DNA of 64,000 nt from an uncultured Bacilli bacterium. GTDB lineage: Bacteria > Bacillota_I > Bacilli_A > RF39 > UBA660. This document shows, piece after piece, positions 36,070 to 46,219 of the stretch. The first letter of the stretch is position 1. The number at the start of each line of letters is the position of its first letter. The notes beneath the pieces are model-generated. The model did not search any database and was not told the origin of the DNA. It was given only the letters and a program-made list of their open reading frames with translations. The translations under genes were made by a program, and so were the position numbers. The stretch lies in assembly GCA_947628565.1 (NCBI GenBank), contig CANRAH010000002.1, forward strand, positions 29,525 through 93,524. Direction: 5' to 3'.

Positions 36070-36279
36070 ATGAATATAGATATTAGAGAAAGTATTATTA
36101 ATAATTTTAAAGATTGTGATATTAAAGATATTGAAGATTCTATAGAATCTTCAATAAAAGATAAGGATGAAATAACATTACCTGGACTTGGAGTATTTTT
36201 TGAAATTCTTTGGAAAAATTCAGATAAAGATTTAAAAGATAACATACTTACATTAATAAAAAAAGGACTTAACATTTAG
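36070..36279 (+). CDS. sspI: Small acid-soluble spore protein I
   Basis: 69 aa. MNIDIRESIINNF...ITLPGLGVFFEILW aligns with B. subtilis SspI (LPGLGVLFEVIW). SD AAAGGAG lies upstream. Confidence 0.7.
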   Translation: MNIDIRESIINNFKDCDIKDIEDSIESSIKDKDEITLPGLGVFFEILWKNSDKDLKDNILTLIKKGLNI

Positions 36280-36297
36280 TCCTTTTTTATATAAATT

Positions 36298-36675
36298 TTA
36301 TTTATTTTTTTTATATTTATAAACTTTTTTCTTAACAAGTTCAGATTTAGCTGATTTAGTATCTTCATTATAATAAGAAGAGTTATCAAAATATTTATTT
36401 ATTTCAACAGGAGCTATATAAGGCGCAACATTACCATATGAATCTACGACGGGAACTATTTTACCTTTATATAAATCACCTCTATGGTTTAATACGTAGT
36501 TAAACCCTACTCTTTTAATATAAGGAGAAAGAATAGCCACATCTTTATGACTCATCTTAAATTTATTACTTTCACTATAAATTCCATAATATACTAATAA
36601 ATATTTTTTCAAGCTTATTGCTAAATCATTCATTTCTTTTTCTTTTTTTCTTAAATCAACATTTTTACTACCCAT
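36298..36675 (-). CDS. Hypothetical protein with Lys-rich C-terminus
   Basis: About 125 aa. No motif recognised. The start is uncertain (TTG 36690 or ATG 36675). Confidence 0.4.
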   Translation of the reverse strand: MGSKNVDLRKKEKEMNDLAISLKKYLLVYYGIYSESNKFKMSHKDVAILSPYIKRVGFNYVLNHRGDLYKGKIVPVVDSYGNVAPYIAPVEINKYFDNSSYYNEDTKSAKSELVKKKVYKYKKNK

Positions 36676-36724
36676 AAATCCCCCATACAACTTTAATATG
36701 TAAACATAATTTTTTTATTGATAT

Positions 36725-38446
36725 TTATTTTTTATTGGAATATAAATTTATTATTTTATTATAAATACCCGGTTCAATTTTATTCAAAACATTAATTGTA
36801 AGTTCTAATGATTTTTTATATTCACCTTTATAAAATAACTGTTCAGAAAGATTTAAATTTTTATTTAACTCTTCATTTGTACTTCTATATCTATTGCCAT
36901 ATACAATAGTTTTTTCAGCGAACATAGCATTTTTCATCATATCTTTAGTTTTAGTATATAATTTTAAAACTAAATCACGCGCTGTATCAACTCTAGTATT
37001 TAAGACATCTATAGTAATTGGTTTTTTATCCAACTCTTTTACTATTTCCTTAATTGCAGTATTTGCTTCTTTTAATTCAACATAATAACTATCTGGTACT
37101 ACTGGCAATTTATAATCTCGCATCTGTAATTTTGATTCTTTCAATACTACTTTTATTTCTTCTAATTGTTGTCTTGCTCTAAGCTCATCATCACGCATAC
37201 TACCTATAACATTCAAAGTTGAATCAAGTTTTTCTTCTATATGAGATAAATTATTTATCAAGCCTTCTATTTCCTTTACTAATTTAGAATAAGCAAACGT
37301 ATTATTAAATTTAGTATGATCTTGTAAAACTTTGAAATTAGTATTTAATTCATTTACCTCACTTTGTATGTAATTCAAAGTTGATAAATCCTCATCCTTT
37401 AAATTATATATATTTTTTAATTCATCTAATTTATTAAATATTTCATCTATTATCTTGTTTATTTTTGTAAGTCTAGAACTAAAAGTTATCAACTTTTGCT
37501 CATATGAAGTTCTATCTGCTTTTTCCTTATCAAATGCTGCGTAAAGTGAGTCAAAATATTCCATAAGAACTTTTAATTCTATTAAGCTTTCATTCATATC
37601 TAATTTTTTTGTTCTTTCATCTATTTCAAGTATTTTCTTATTAACTTCATTAATATTATATTCTAAACTTAAATAATCTAACGGATAACCATCATTAATC
37701 ATACTGTTATAAATAGTTTCTATTTCTTTAACTTTCTTTGGAAGAACATTATGTATCATCAATACAATTGAAGGTATTTCATCTATAACTACAGCCATAT
37801 GATTTAAAAGATCATCTATTTCACTTAAAATTGAATTTACTACAGTAAAATCATTATTTTCCATTATCTGTTCAAATTCTTCAAATTTACTAGCAATAAC
37901 TTCAAATTGTTTATTTACAACAGTACCGTATTTTCCATATCCATCTTTACTATCTACAAATTTTTGATATAAAGTTCTATAACGAGCCTTGTAACCTGTT
38001 ATTGTAGTACGACTTTTCTCTTCACTAGTAGTTAATTCTTTTATTTCACCAAATAAAAAATCAGAACTTGTACGGACTTTGTATAATTCCATTTCTAGTT
38101 TTGCTATTTTATACATAGTACTTTTATAATCCATTTGTGATAAAGAATATTCAGCATCTAATATCATATCTGATAATTTTGGTATCTGTACCTCTTTTAT
38201 TTGTTTTAATCTATTAGACCACTCATTATATAATTCTTTTAATTTGTCATTATTTAAATAAGCTTCCACCTTAGCTAGCTCTGGTACAATTGGAGATGTC
38301 GCAAGTTCATTTTTTTCAATTTCCAATTTTTCTAATGTTCTTTTTATTCTTTTATTTTTTCTATGTTGAATGAAGTTTAAAACTCCTATAATAAGACCAG
38401 CGCATATGATAAAGAGTGTTAACATAATAAGTGTTACATTGTCCAT
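36725..38446 (-). CDS. ezrA: Septation ring formation regulator EzrA
   Basis: N-terminal TM segment followed by about 540 aa of coiled-coil repeats, with typical length and organisation. The ATG lies 4 nt after GGTGAT. Confidence 0.8.
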   Translation of the reverse strand: MDNVTLIMLTLFIICAGLIIGVLNFIQHRKNKRIKRTLEKLEIEKNELATSPIVPELAKVEAYLNNDKLKELYNEWSNRLKQIKEVQIPKLSDMILDAEYSLSQMDYKSTMYKIAKLEMELYKVRTSSDFLFGEIKELTTSEEKSRTTITGYKARYRTLYQKFVDSKDGYGKYGTVVNKQFEVIASKFEEFEQIMENNDFTVVNSILSEIDDLLNHMAVVIDEIPSIVLMIHNVLPKKVKEIETIYNSMINDGYPLDYLSLEYNINEVNKKILEIDERTKKLDMNESLIELKVLMEYFDSLYAAFDKEKADRTSYEQKLITFSSRLTKINKIIDEIFNKLDELKNIYNLKDEDLSTLNYIQSEVNELNTNFKVLQDHTKFNNTFAYSKLVKEIEGLINNLSHIEEKLDSTLNVIGSMRDDELRARQQLEEIKVVLKESKLQMRDYKLPVVPDSYYVELKEANTAIKEIVKELDKKPITIDVLNTRVDTARDLVLKLYTKTKDMMKNAMFAEKTIVYGNRYRSTNEELNKNLNLSEQLFYKGEYKKSLELTINVLNKIEPGIYNKIINLYSNKK

Positions 38447-38537
38447 ACCAATCACCTATTATAATTATAACATACTTTTTTGATTTTCGACAATATTTTT
38501 TAATAAGTAGTAAAAAAGACTATTTTTAATTATTATA

Positions 38538-39356
38538 TTAGTAATTATCTTTAAAACTTTTATAAATTCCATCTTTTTTAACGCCAAGGACACAATTTAA
38601 ATTAATGTTATCTAAAGCCTTAAATATATTGTTATCTATATTTTTATTTTTTTGCCTTAATTCATTAATTAAATTTTTCATTTCTTTTCTTTTACTTTCT
38701 TGTTCATTTTTAAAATTTGTATCCATTGTAAATTTACATGCACAATTTAAAAAATTTAATCCATTATACTTTGCCCAAGATATTATATCATTTTCTTTAA
38801 CAAGATAAAGAGGTCTAATAAGTTCTAATCCTTCAAAATTTTCACTATGAAGTTTTGGCATCATAGTTTTAATTTCAGAACCATAGAACATAGATAAAAG
38901 TGTTGTCTCAATAACATCATTAAAATGATGGCCTAATGCAATTTTATTGCAACCTAATTTTTGTGCTTCACTATACAAATAACCTCTTCTCATTCTCGCA
39001 CATAAATAGCAAGGACTTTTATCTATTTCATATACAATATCAAATATCTGACTTTCAAATATCTTTATTGGTATATTTAACTTATTTGCATTATCTATAA
39101 TTAAAGATTTATTAGTAGTTGTGTATCCAGGATCCATAACGACATAATAAGCTTCAAAATTTATTTTTCCGTGTCTTTTTAATTCTTGCATACATTTTGC
39201 TAGTAAAAAAGAATCTTTTCCTCCACTAATGCATACCATTATTTTATCATTTTCACTAATCAATTCATAATCTTTTATAGCTTTTACAAATTTACTCCAA
39301 ATTTCTTTTCTATATTTTTTTATAATACTTTTTTCTATTTCCTTATATTTTTCCAT
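38538..39356 (-). CDS. PP-loop ATPase, TtcA-like tRNA 2-thiocytidine biosynthesis protein
   Basis: PP-loop CISGGKDS and Cys motif CYLCARMRRG. Confidence 0.75.
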   Translation of the reverse strand: MEKYKEIEKSIIKKYRKEIWSKFVKAIKDYELISENDKIMVCISGGKDSFLLAKCMQELKRHGKINFEAYYVVMDPGYTTTNKSLIIDNANKLNIPIKIFESQIFDIVYEIDKSPCYLCARMRRGYLYSEAQKLGCNKIALGHHFNDVIETTLLSMFYGSEIKTMMPKLHSENFEGLELIRPLYLVKENDIISWAKYNGLNFLNCACKFTMDTNFKNEQESKRKEMKNLINELRQKNKNIDNNIFKALDNINLNCVLGVKKDGIYKSFKDNY

Positions 39357-39377
39357 AGTAATCTATTCCTTATTATA

Positions 39378-40061
39378 TTAACAATTATCTAACATTAAAG
39401 GTATTTTATAAAATGTAGTTTTACCATTAATATCTATAGCTTCTATTTCTATATGAAGTGCATTTTCAAGATACATTTTACAAGTTTTTGAATAATGTTC
39501 TATATTAAATTTAACATTTTTAAGAAAATCTTCTAGAGTAATTTCTTCTTTATAATCATAACTATCTATTTTAGTTTGAACATCTCCATTTGTTTCATAT
39601 AATGTACATTTTATAGATTTGTACTTTGTATTATTTTTATCTCCACAATAGGTTATATTAGATATATATATTGATGTTTTAGATTCACTATAAGCAATTG
39701 TTCCAAAAAGTTTAAAATCATCACAGTTTGTAAATAGTGTTTTAAAATTAAAATCATTAGAATCTTTTTTTATTATTAGAAATGCGCAAAAAATAATTAA
39801 AATAATTATTATTGTTATAAAAATAAAAATTGTTTTATTTTTTTTATTTTTTTTACTATTTAATTGTAATAACTCATTTATATCTAAATTATAATCGTCA
39901 CATATAGCCTTTAAAATATTAATATCTGGTATACTTTTTCCTCTTTCCCATTTCGATACAGCTTGATATGTAACATTGTATTTTAAAGCAAACTTTTCTT
40001 GAGTTAAGCCATTTTCTTTTCTTATTTTTTTTATTACATTACCTATATAATCTTGATTCAT
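39378..40061 (-). CDS. XRE-family helix-turn-helix (HTH) protein with TM segment and extracytoplasmic C-terminal domain
   Basis: HTH LTQEKFALKYNVTYQAVSKWERGKSIP. TM segment IFIFITIIIILIIFCAFLII. Confidence 0.75.
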   Translation of the reverse strand: MNQDYIGNVIKKIRKENGLTQEKFALKYNVTYQAVSKWERGKSIPDINILKAICDDYNLDINELLQLNSKKNKKNKTIFIFITIIIILIIFCAFLIIKKDSNDFNFKTLFTNCDDFKLFGTIAYSESKTSIYISNITYCGDKNNTKYKSIKCTLYETNGDVQTKIDSYDYKEEITLEDFLKNVKFNIEHYSKTCKMYLENALHIEIEAIDINGKTTFYKIPLMLDNC

Positions 40062-40140
40062 ATATATCAAACATCCTTTTACAATTTAATTATAAACAAA
40101 TTATTTACAAATAGATTTAATTTAATTAAAAAAGTAACAG

Positions 40141-40162
40141 AAAAAGCATTAATAACAATGCT
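40141..40162 (-). terminator. Putative terminator after the small membrane ORF
   Basis: On the minus strand, AGCATT-gttatt-AATGCT is followed by TTTTT. Confidence 0.45.
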
Positions 40163-40286
40163 ATCCAAAAAATATTCTTTGTATGCTAGGATTATTTATA
40201 AACTTCATATAGTAAAATAAAGAGACAAAAAAGGCAATAACAAGTATAAAAACATACCAAAGCATAGATCTTACTCCCCATTTCAT
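40161..40286 (-). CDS. Small membrane protein, 41 aa, not in the ORF track
   Basis: MKWGVRSMLWYVFILVIAFFVSLFYYMKFINNPSIQRIFFG. SD TAGGAGG lies 7-8 nt upstream and a terminator follows. Confidence 0.5.
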   Translation of the reverse strand: MKWGVRSMLWYVFILVIAFFVSLFYYMKFINNPSIQRIFFG

Positions 40287-40297
40287 AAAATAACCTC

Positions 40298-40867
40298 CTA
40301 AAACAAACTACTCGAATCTAGATTTTTAAATTTGTAAAGTTTAGCTGGCCTACCATTTTTACTTGTTTTTTTATCAAGGCAATCAACTAAATTAGATTTT
40401 ATTAATTTCTTTCTGAAATTTCTTCTATCAAATTTTTTATTAAATAAATTTTCATATAATTTTTGTATTTCAGGCAAGGAAAATTCATCTTTATATATCT
40501 TTTTTATTGAATCTATCTTAGATAATTCATTTTTTAAAAATTCCATAATTTTTTTCTTATATTTTTCATTAGATAAATCTGATAATTTTATCAACTTAAG
40601 TTCATTTTTAATATTAATATAAAATGAATCTATTATATCTACAAATAATGTAGAAATATAAAGTATACCTTCTTTTTTTTCGCTAAAAGTATAACATTGT
40701 TTTAAATCAACATTTGAAATTTTTAATTTATTTATATATTTTTTGTTAACTATATCTAATTCATCAAAGCAAGGTATATTTATTAATTCATCATCTTTAA
40801 TAAATATATATACATCGCTATCTATAATAGTTAACAAAGCTATTATACTACTAACTTTTATATTCAT
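40298..40867 (-). CDS. NrtR-like regulator (Nudix-fold N-domain without a Nudix box, plus C-terminal winged helix)
   Basis: C-terminal FDRRNFRKKLIKSNLV...KNGRPAKLYKF matches the NrtR-type winged-helix signature. No GX5EX7REUXEEXGU box is visible. Confidence 0.55.
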   Translation of the reverse strand: MNIKVSSIIALLTIIDSDVYIFIKDDELINIPCFDELDIVNKKYINKLKISNVDLKQCYTFSEKKEGILYISTLFVDIIDSFYINIKNELKLIKLSDLSNEKYKKKIMEFLKNELSKIDSIKKIYKDEFSLPEIQKLYENLFNKKFDRRNFRKKLIKSNLVDCLDKKTSKNGRPAKLYKFKNLDSSSLF

Positions 40868-40874
40868 AATATTC

Positions 40875-41846
40875 CTATTTTAGCATAAGATATTGTATTA
40901 ATTTTTCTTTTGCTTCCTGTTTAAAAACTATATTATATATTGTATTAATTATAGGAATTTTTATTTTTTTATTTTTTATTAGTTTATATATACTTTTTAG
41001 TGTATATAAACCTTCAACTGTAGTTTTACTATTATATTCATCTAACTGTTCTTTTGTAGCATTACTTCCAATTAATTTACCAAAAGAATAATTTCTACTC
41101 TTTTCACTCGTGCAAGTAAGTAAAATATCGCCAAATCCTGCAAAACTTAATATTGTTTTTTTAGATCCACCTAATGAATGTATTAAGGCTTTTATATCAT
41201 GCAACGATTCTGTTATAAGCATTGCTTGAGTTGATATTGGATATCCCATACCATCAATTATTCCAGATGCTATTGCAATAATGTTTTTGACGGCTCCGCA
41301 CACCTCTATACCTATTATATCACTAGTTGCATATAATTTAAAATGATTATTTGAAAAAGCTTTTTTTACTAACTCAATTGTTTTTTTATTTTTTGATGCT
41401 AAAGATAAACCCACTGGTACATCTTTTACTAAATCAGTAGCAAAACTTGGCCCAGATATTGCTCCAATATTTCTTGTTTTGATATGTTTTTTTATCATAT
41501 CGTGTATAAATAGGCAAGTCCCCTGCTCTATACCTTTACTTGCAATACATATATGTTGATTTGACTTGAAATATTTTTTCAAATTTTTACAAACATCTGT
41601 AACAAATTGCGTTGGAATAGCTATGACAATTAAGGCACTTCCTAATACAGCACTTTCCAAATCAGTTGTTATATTTATTGATTTAGGAAACTTAAAATCT
41701 TTTAGTTTTGATGTTGTACCTTTATTTAATAACTCTTCTTTTTCATCTTCAAATGCAGTCCACATAACTACATCATTTTTATTTTCTACTAATATTTTTG
41801 ATAGGGCAAGTCCATATGCACCTGTACCAAGTATAGTCACTTTCAT
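40875..41846 (-). CDS. gpsA: NAD(P)H-dependent glycerol-3-phosphate dehydrogenase
   Basis: ILGTGAYGLAL Rossmann motif, ASKGIE, and GAVKNIIAIASGI. Confidence 0.9.
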   Translation of the reverse strand: MKVTILGTGAYGLALSKILVENKNDVVMWTAFEDEKEELLNKGTTSKLKDFKFPKSINITTDLESAVLGSALIVIAIPTQFVTDVCKNLKKYFKSNQHICIASKGIEQGTCLFIHDMIKKHIKTRNIGAISGPSFATDLVKDVPVGLSLASKNKKTIELVKKAFSNNHFKLYATSDIIGIEVCGAVKNIIAIASGIIDGMGYPISTQAMLITESLHDIKALIHSLGGSKKTILSFAGFGDILLTCTSEKSRNYSFGKLIGSNATKEQLDEYNSKTTVEGLYTLKSIYKLIKNKKIKIPIINTIYNIVFKQEAKEKLIQYLMLK

Positions 41847-41935
41847 TATACCACCAATATAATTATACTATATTTTTTAAAATATTTAAAGAAAAATCAT
41901 TTATTTATGATAAATAAAAAGAAAGAATACTCTTT

Positions 41936-44350
41936 CTATTCAGTTCTAAGTGCAATAACAGGATCTTTTTTACTGGCAACTTTAGCTGGTATCAAACCTG
42001 CTATAACAGTAAGTATTATGCTTATTAAAACCAATACAAACCCAGCACTTAATGGTAAAGCAGCCTTAACAGCAACGCCTGTTATATTCTTGATTATAAC
42101 ATTTATAAATGTATTAAGTATACAAGTTATTACTATACCTATGGTTCCTGATGTTATACCAACTATAAATGTTTCTGCATTAAATACTCTTGATATATCT
42201 TTTTTAGATGCACCAATAGCTCTTAATATTCCAATTTCTTTTGTTCTTTCAAGTACAGAAATATATGTAATAATACCTATCATTATACTTGATACTATTA
42301 GCGATATGGAAACAAACGCTATCAAAACATATCCAATTACGTTTACTATAGTAGTTACGCTATTCATAAGTAATCCTACATAATCAGTATATTCAATTTT
42401 TTCATCGCTTAAATTGGCATCTTCTTTTTCTTTATTATATTTATTTATTATATTTTCAATTTTATCTTTTGATTCAAAATCTTTTGGATATATATTTATA
42501 ATATATGGATCATTTAAATCAAAAATACCTATTTTATTTAAGTTAGTTTCGTATGTATTTAATTCATTAAATGGTAAATTTGTAAATACATCTATTTCTT
42601 TATTTTGTTTTTGCTCAATAGCTATTTTACTTTCATTTATCCCATTTATTACATAATCTGTTAATTCTTTTGTATATCCTACACCATTTATTACAGATAT
42701 ATTGCTACCATCTTTAGGTTTTATTATACCAACAATATTTAAATTTAAACCATTACTAACTATTTCATTTAAATAATTTAAATCGCTACTTTTATCTATC
42801 CACTTATTATTTTCTTTTACATAGTAATCTGAATTAAGTACAAGCTTATAACTAGTATTCAAAATATCATTGTAATCATATTTTGTACTTTCAAATTCTT
42901 TTATTTCTTTACCAGCAATCATATTTTGCATAGTTTCTTGAATTTCCTTTTGATCCTTAATACCAAGTGCATACAAAACATAATCACTAATTTCATTATT
43001 TTCATCTATAATTAATACTAATTCATTATAATTAGTAGGCATTTTACCACTAACAACTTCATATTGACTATTAAGTAAATCTTTATTTGTAGTAAGTTCA
43101 TTAAAAATTACTATATTACTTGAAAAATTTTCATTATTAAATCCAAATATATTCATTAAACCACTTGGGTTTATTTTAAGCAATGAATCATTATATATCT
43201 GCAAATCTAAGTTATAAGAATATTTTATATCATTTATATATTTCTCTAATTCCTTATTACTTTCAATAAATTCCTTAAATTTTGATAAATTATTAACAGT
43301 TATGCCACTATACATAGTACTTATCATATTAGTCATAATATCGTTAGAATAAATTCCATCAAGTTCATGTTCTTCCTTATTATTATTCATAAATGATGAC
43401 ATTAAATTTGATGCATCAACAGTGTTTTTTTCTATAGAAAGTGGATAACTTGTTAATGTATCCTCTTGAACTTTATCTATATAATTATTAACTCCATTAG
43501 AAAGTGAAAGTATTAAAGCAATTCCTATTATTCCTATAGACCCTGCAAAAGCAGTAAGTAATGTTCTACCCTTTTTTGTCATTAAATTATTTAATGATAA
43601 AGAAAGAGCTGTAAAAAAATTCATACTTGTTTTTTTGGATTTTTTTCTTTTATTTTCAAAATCATCAGTTTCCAAATATGGATTAGTATCACTTGTGACT
43701 TCTCCATCTTTTAAGCTTATTATTCTATTTGAATACTCATGCGCTAAATCAGGATTATGAGTTACCATAATAACTAATTTATCTTTACTTATTTTTTTTA
43801 ACAAATTCATAATTTGTATACTAGTTTCAGAATCAAGTGCTCCTGTTGGCTCATCTGCTAATAATATATCAGGGTTATTAATTAAAGCACGTGCTATAGC
43901 AACCCTTTGCATTTGCCCACCACTTAATTGATTAGGCCTTTTATAGATATGCTTATTCAATCCAACATCTTCTAAAACTTGCTTAGCTCTTTTTCTTCTT
44001 TCCTTTTTTCCAACTCCAGAAAGAGTTAAAGCAAGTTCAACATTTGATAAAACTGTTTGATGAGGTATTAAATTATAGCTTTGGAAAACAAAACCTATTC
44101 TATGATTTCTATACGAATCCCAATTTTTATCTTTATATTTTTTTGTGGAGATTCCATTAATTATTAGATCGCCACTATCGTATTTATCTAGACCACCAAT
44201 TATATTTAATAATGTTGTTTTACCACTACCACTTGGGCCTAAAATAGATACAAACTCGCATTTTCTAAAATTTATACTAACTTTATTTAATGCCTTTTGA
44301 GTAAAATCTCCTGTTTTATAAACTTTAGTAATTTGTTTTATCTCCAACAT
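41936..44350 (-). CDS. Fused ABC transporter ATPase and FtsX/MacB-type permease
   Basis: 804 aa. GPSGSGKTT, LSGGQMQRVAIARAL, then a large extracytoplasmic loop and the C-terminal FtsX 4-TM module. Confidence 0.85.
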   Translation of the reverse strand: MLEIKQITKVYKTGDFTQKALNKVSINFRKCEFVSILGPSGSGKTTLLNIIGGLDKYDSGDLIINGISTKKYKDKNWDSYRNHRIGFVFQSYNLIPHQTVLSNVELALTLSGVGKKERRKRAKQVLEDVGLNKHIYKRPNQLSGGQMQRVAIARALINNPDILLADEPTGALDSETSIQIMNLLKKISKDKLVIMVTHNPDLAHEYSNRIISLKDGEVTSDTNPYLETDDFENKRKKSKKTSMNFFTALSLSLNNLMTKKGRTLLTAFAGSIGIIGIALILSLSNGVNNYIDKVQEDTLTSYPLSIEKNTVDASNLMSSFMNNNKEEHELDGIYSNDIMTNMISTMYSGITVNNLSKFKEFIESNKELEKYINDIKYSYNLDLQIYNDSLLKINPSGLMNIFGFNNENFSSNIVIFNELTTNKDLLNSQYEVVSGKMPTNYNELVLIIDENNEISDYVLYALGIKDQKEIQETMQNMIAGKEIKEFESTKYDYNDILNTSYKLVLNSDYYVKENNKWIDKSSDLNYLNEIVSNGLNLNIVGIIKPKDGSNISVINGVGYTKELTDYVINGINESKIAIEQKQNKEIDVFTNLPFNELNTYETNLNKIGIFDLNDPYIINIYPKDFESKDKIENIINKYNKEKEDANLSDEKIEYTDYVGLLMNSVTTIVNVIGYVLIAFVSISLIVSSIMIGIITYISVLERTKEIGILRAIGASKKDISRVFNAETFIVGITSGTIGIVITCILNTFINVIIKNITGVAVKAALPLSAGFVLVLISIILTVIAGLIPAKVASKKDPVIALRTE

Positions 44351-44369
44351 AAAATTCTCCTTTTAATAA

Positions 44370-45668
44370 TTAATTTGTTGATATTGATTTTGTAAGTTCT
44401 ATAGTCGTTTCAAGTAATTGATTATTTCTATAGTACTTAACAGTTATTTTATCTCCTACCTTATATTTATATAATAAATATTTAAAGTGTGAAACATCAT
44501 CTACCTTTTCATTATTCATTGAAACTATAACATCTCCAACTTGTAATCCCGCTTTACTAGCTGGTTCTCCATTTTCAACAAGGCTCAAAACAGCACCAAA
44601 GGAAACATCTTTTCCAATTGAAATACCATAGTAATATTGTAATGCAAAAGTATTAGTTATATCTACAACTTGCACTCCCAAATATGGTCTTGAAATATTT
44701 TCACCATTTTCAATATTACCTATTATAGAATTTACTGCATCAATTGGAATTGCAAATCCCATACCTTCTACACCACTTCCAATAAGTTTAGAAGATGTTA
44801 TTCCAACAACCTCTCCTTTTATATTGCATATCGGTCCTCCACTATTACCACTATTTATAGATGCATCAGTTTGAATTACTTCCATTAAATAATCTCCACT
44901 GGTCAATTCAACATTTACCATTCTATTTATTCCAGATATAATTCCTTTTGTAATAGTTCCCATATACTCTTTACCAAGAGGAGCACCAACTGTAAATACA
45001 GTATCTCCAAGTTCAAGAGAATTAGAATCACCTAATGTTGCTACTTTTTTTACACTATCTTTATTAATACTTAAAATAGCAATATCATAATATTCATCAC
45101 CATTTATTAGTTTAGCTTCTACTTCTTCACCATCTGTAAAAGTAACAACAAATTTAGAACCGCCTTCTATTACATGATAGTTCGTTAAAATATATCCATT
45201 TTTATCATCTGTTTTATAGACAAATCCAGAACCAGATGCAATTGCTCCTCTATTTGATGATACCTCTATGTAAACTGTTGATTCATATACATTTTTTATT
45301 CCTTCTTTTAAGTCACTCATTTCTTCTAGAGTTGTCGTCTTAACATTTTCACTATATATTTTTTTATGTAATATACCTCCATTTGATGTCAAAATAATTC
45401 CATATGTCAATAATCCACCAATTAAAATAAAACATATAGCAAAAAATATCTTAGATTTAAATTCTCCTGAATTATTATTCTTAACATTTTTTTCATCTAT
45501 AGTTTCATCATTAGAATTTATAAAACATTTTACATCTTCGATATTTTTAGATTCTTCATTTGAATTATTATTTGATTGCTCCTCATCAATAGGTTCATTT
45601 TCATTAATTATGTTTGCTTCAACTATTTTTTCTTCTTTTTTTTCTTTTTCACTTTTTATTTCTTCCAT
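44370..45668 (-). CDS. htrA: HtrA/DegP family serine protease with PDZ domain
   Basis: TNYHV, GNSGGP and a C-terminal PDZ (GLQVGDVIVSMN), with an N-terminal TM anchor. Confidence 0.85.
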   Translation of the reverse strand: MEEIKSEKEKKEEKIVEANIINENEPIDEEQSNNNSNEESKNIEDVKCFINSNDETIDEKNVKNNNSGEFKSKIFFAICFILIGGLLTYGIILTSNGGILHKKIYSENVKTTTLEEMSDLKEGIKNVYESTVYIEVSSNRGAIASGSGFVYKTDDKNGYILTNYHVIEGGSKFVVTFTDGEEVEAKLINGDEYYDIAILSINKDSVKKVATLGDSNSLELGDTVFTVGAPLGKEYMGTITKGIISGINRMVNVELTSGDYLMEVIQTDASINSGNSGGPICNIKGEVVGITSSKLIGSGVEGMGFAIPIDAVNSIIGNIENGENISRPYLGVQVVDITNTFALQYYYGISIGKDVSFGAVLSLVENGEPASKAGLQVGDVIVSMNNEKVDDVSHFKYLLYKYKVGDKITVKYYRNNQLLETTIELTKSISTN

Positions 45669-45754
45669 AATATCCTCCTAGCTATAATAATATTATACCT
45701 TTTTTATGAAAAATATATGAAAAATATTTTTTTTCACTAAAATTTCTAATTGTA

Positions 45755-46219
45755 TTATTTAACTTTATCTTTAAACATTTCAATCATTTTTAGATATTCT
45801 TGATCGTTAAATAGTTTCCTTTCAAACGTTAAATATTCTCTTGATTTTTTGAATTTTAATTTAAAATAATTTTTTCTAACTACAACTTTTTTTATAGAAT
45901 TATATTTATAATCCGTTTTACACTTATTTACAGTTACAGAAAATTTATTATTAGTTATTTCAACTGTATATTTACCATACGTTTGATAATTTAACATTTC
46001 ATTAACTTTTAAATATGCTACTATATATAACTTGTTAATTAAATATATGAAAAGTATTAATACTAATATAAATATAATTAAACTTTTCATATTGAATTTA
46101 TCAATTATAAAAAGATATATTATAATACCTATTATAAATAGTATTATATTATTAATAATTCTTGATCTTAACAAATATTTCTTATACTCTTTTTTAGTAT
46201 ATTCAAAATTTACTTTCAT
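45755..46219 (-). CDS. YcxB-like membrane protein
   Basis: 154 aa with two N-terminal TM segments and then a small soluble domain. It overlaps the uvrA stop by 4 nt. Confidence 0.45.
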   Translation of the reverse strand: MKVNFEYTKKEYKKYLLRSRIINNIILFIIGIIIYLFIIDKFNMKSLIIFILVLILFIYLINKLYIVAYLKVNEMLNYQTYGKYTVEITNNKFSVTVNKCKTDYKYNSIKKVVVRKNYFKLKFKKSREYLTFERKLFNDQEYLKMIEMFKDKVK

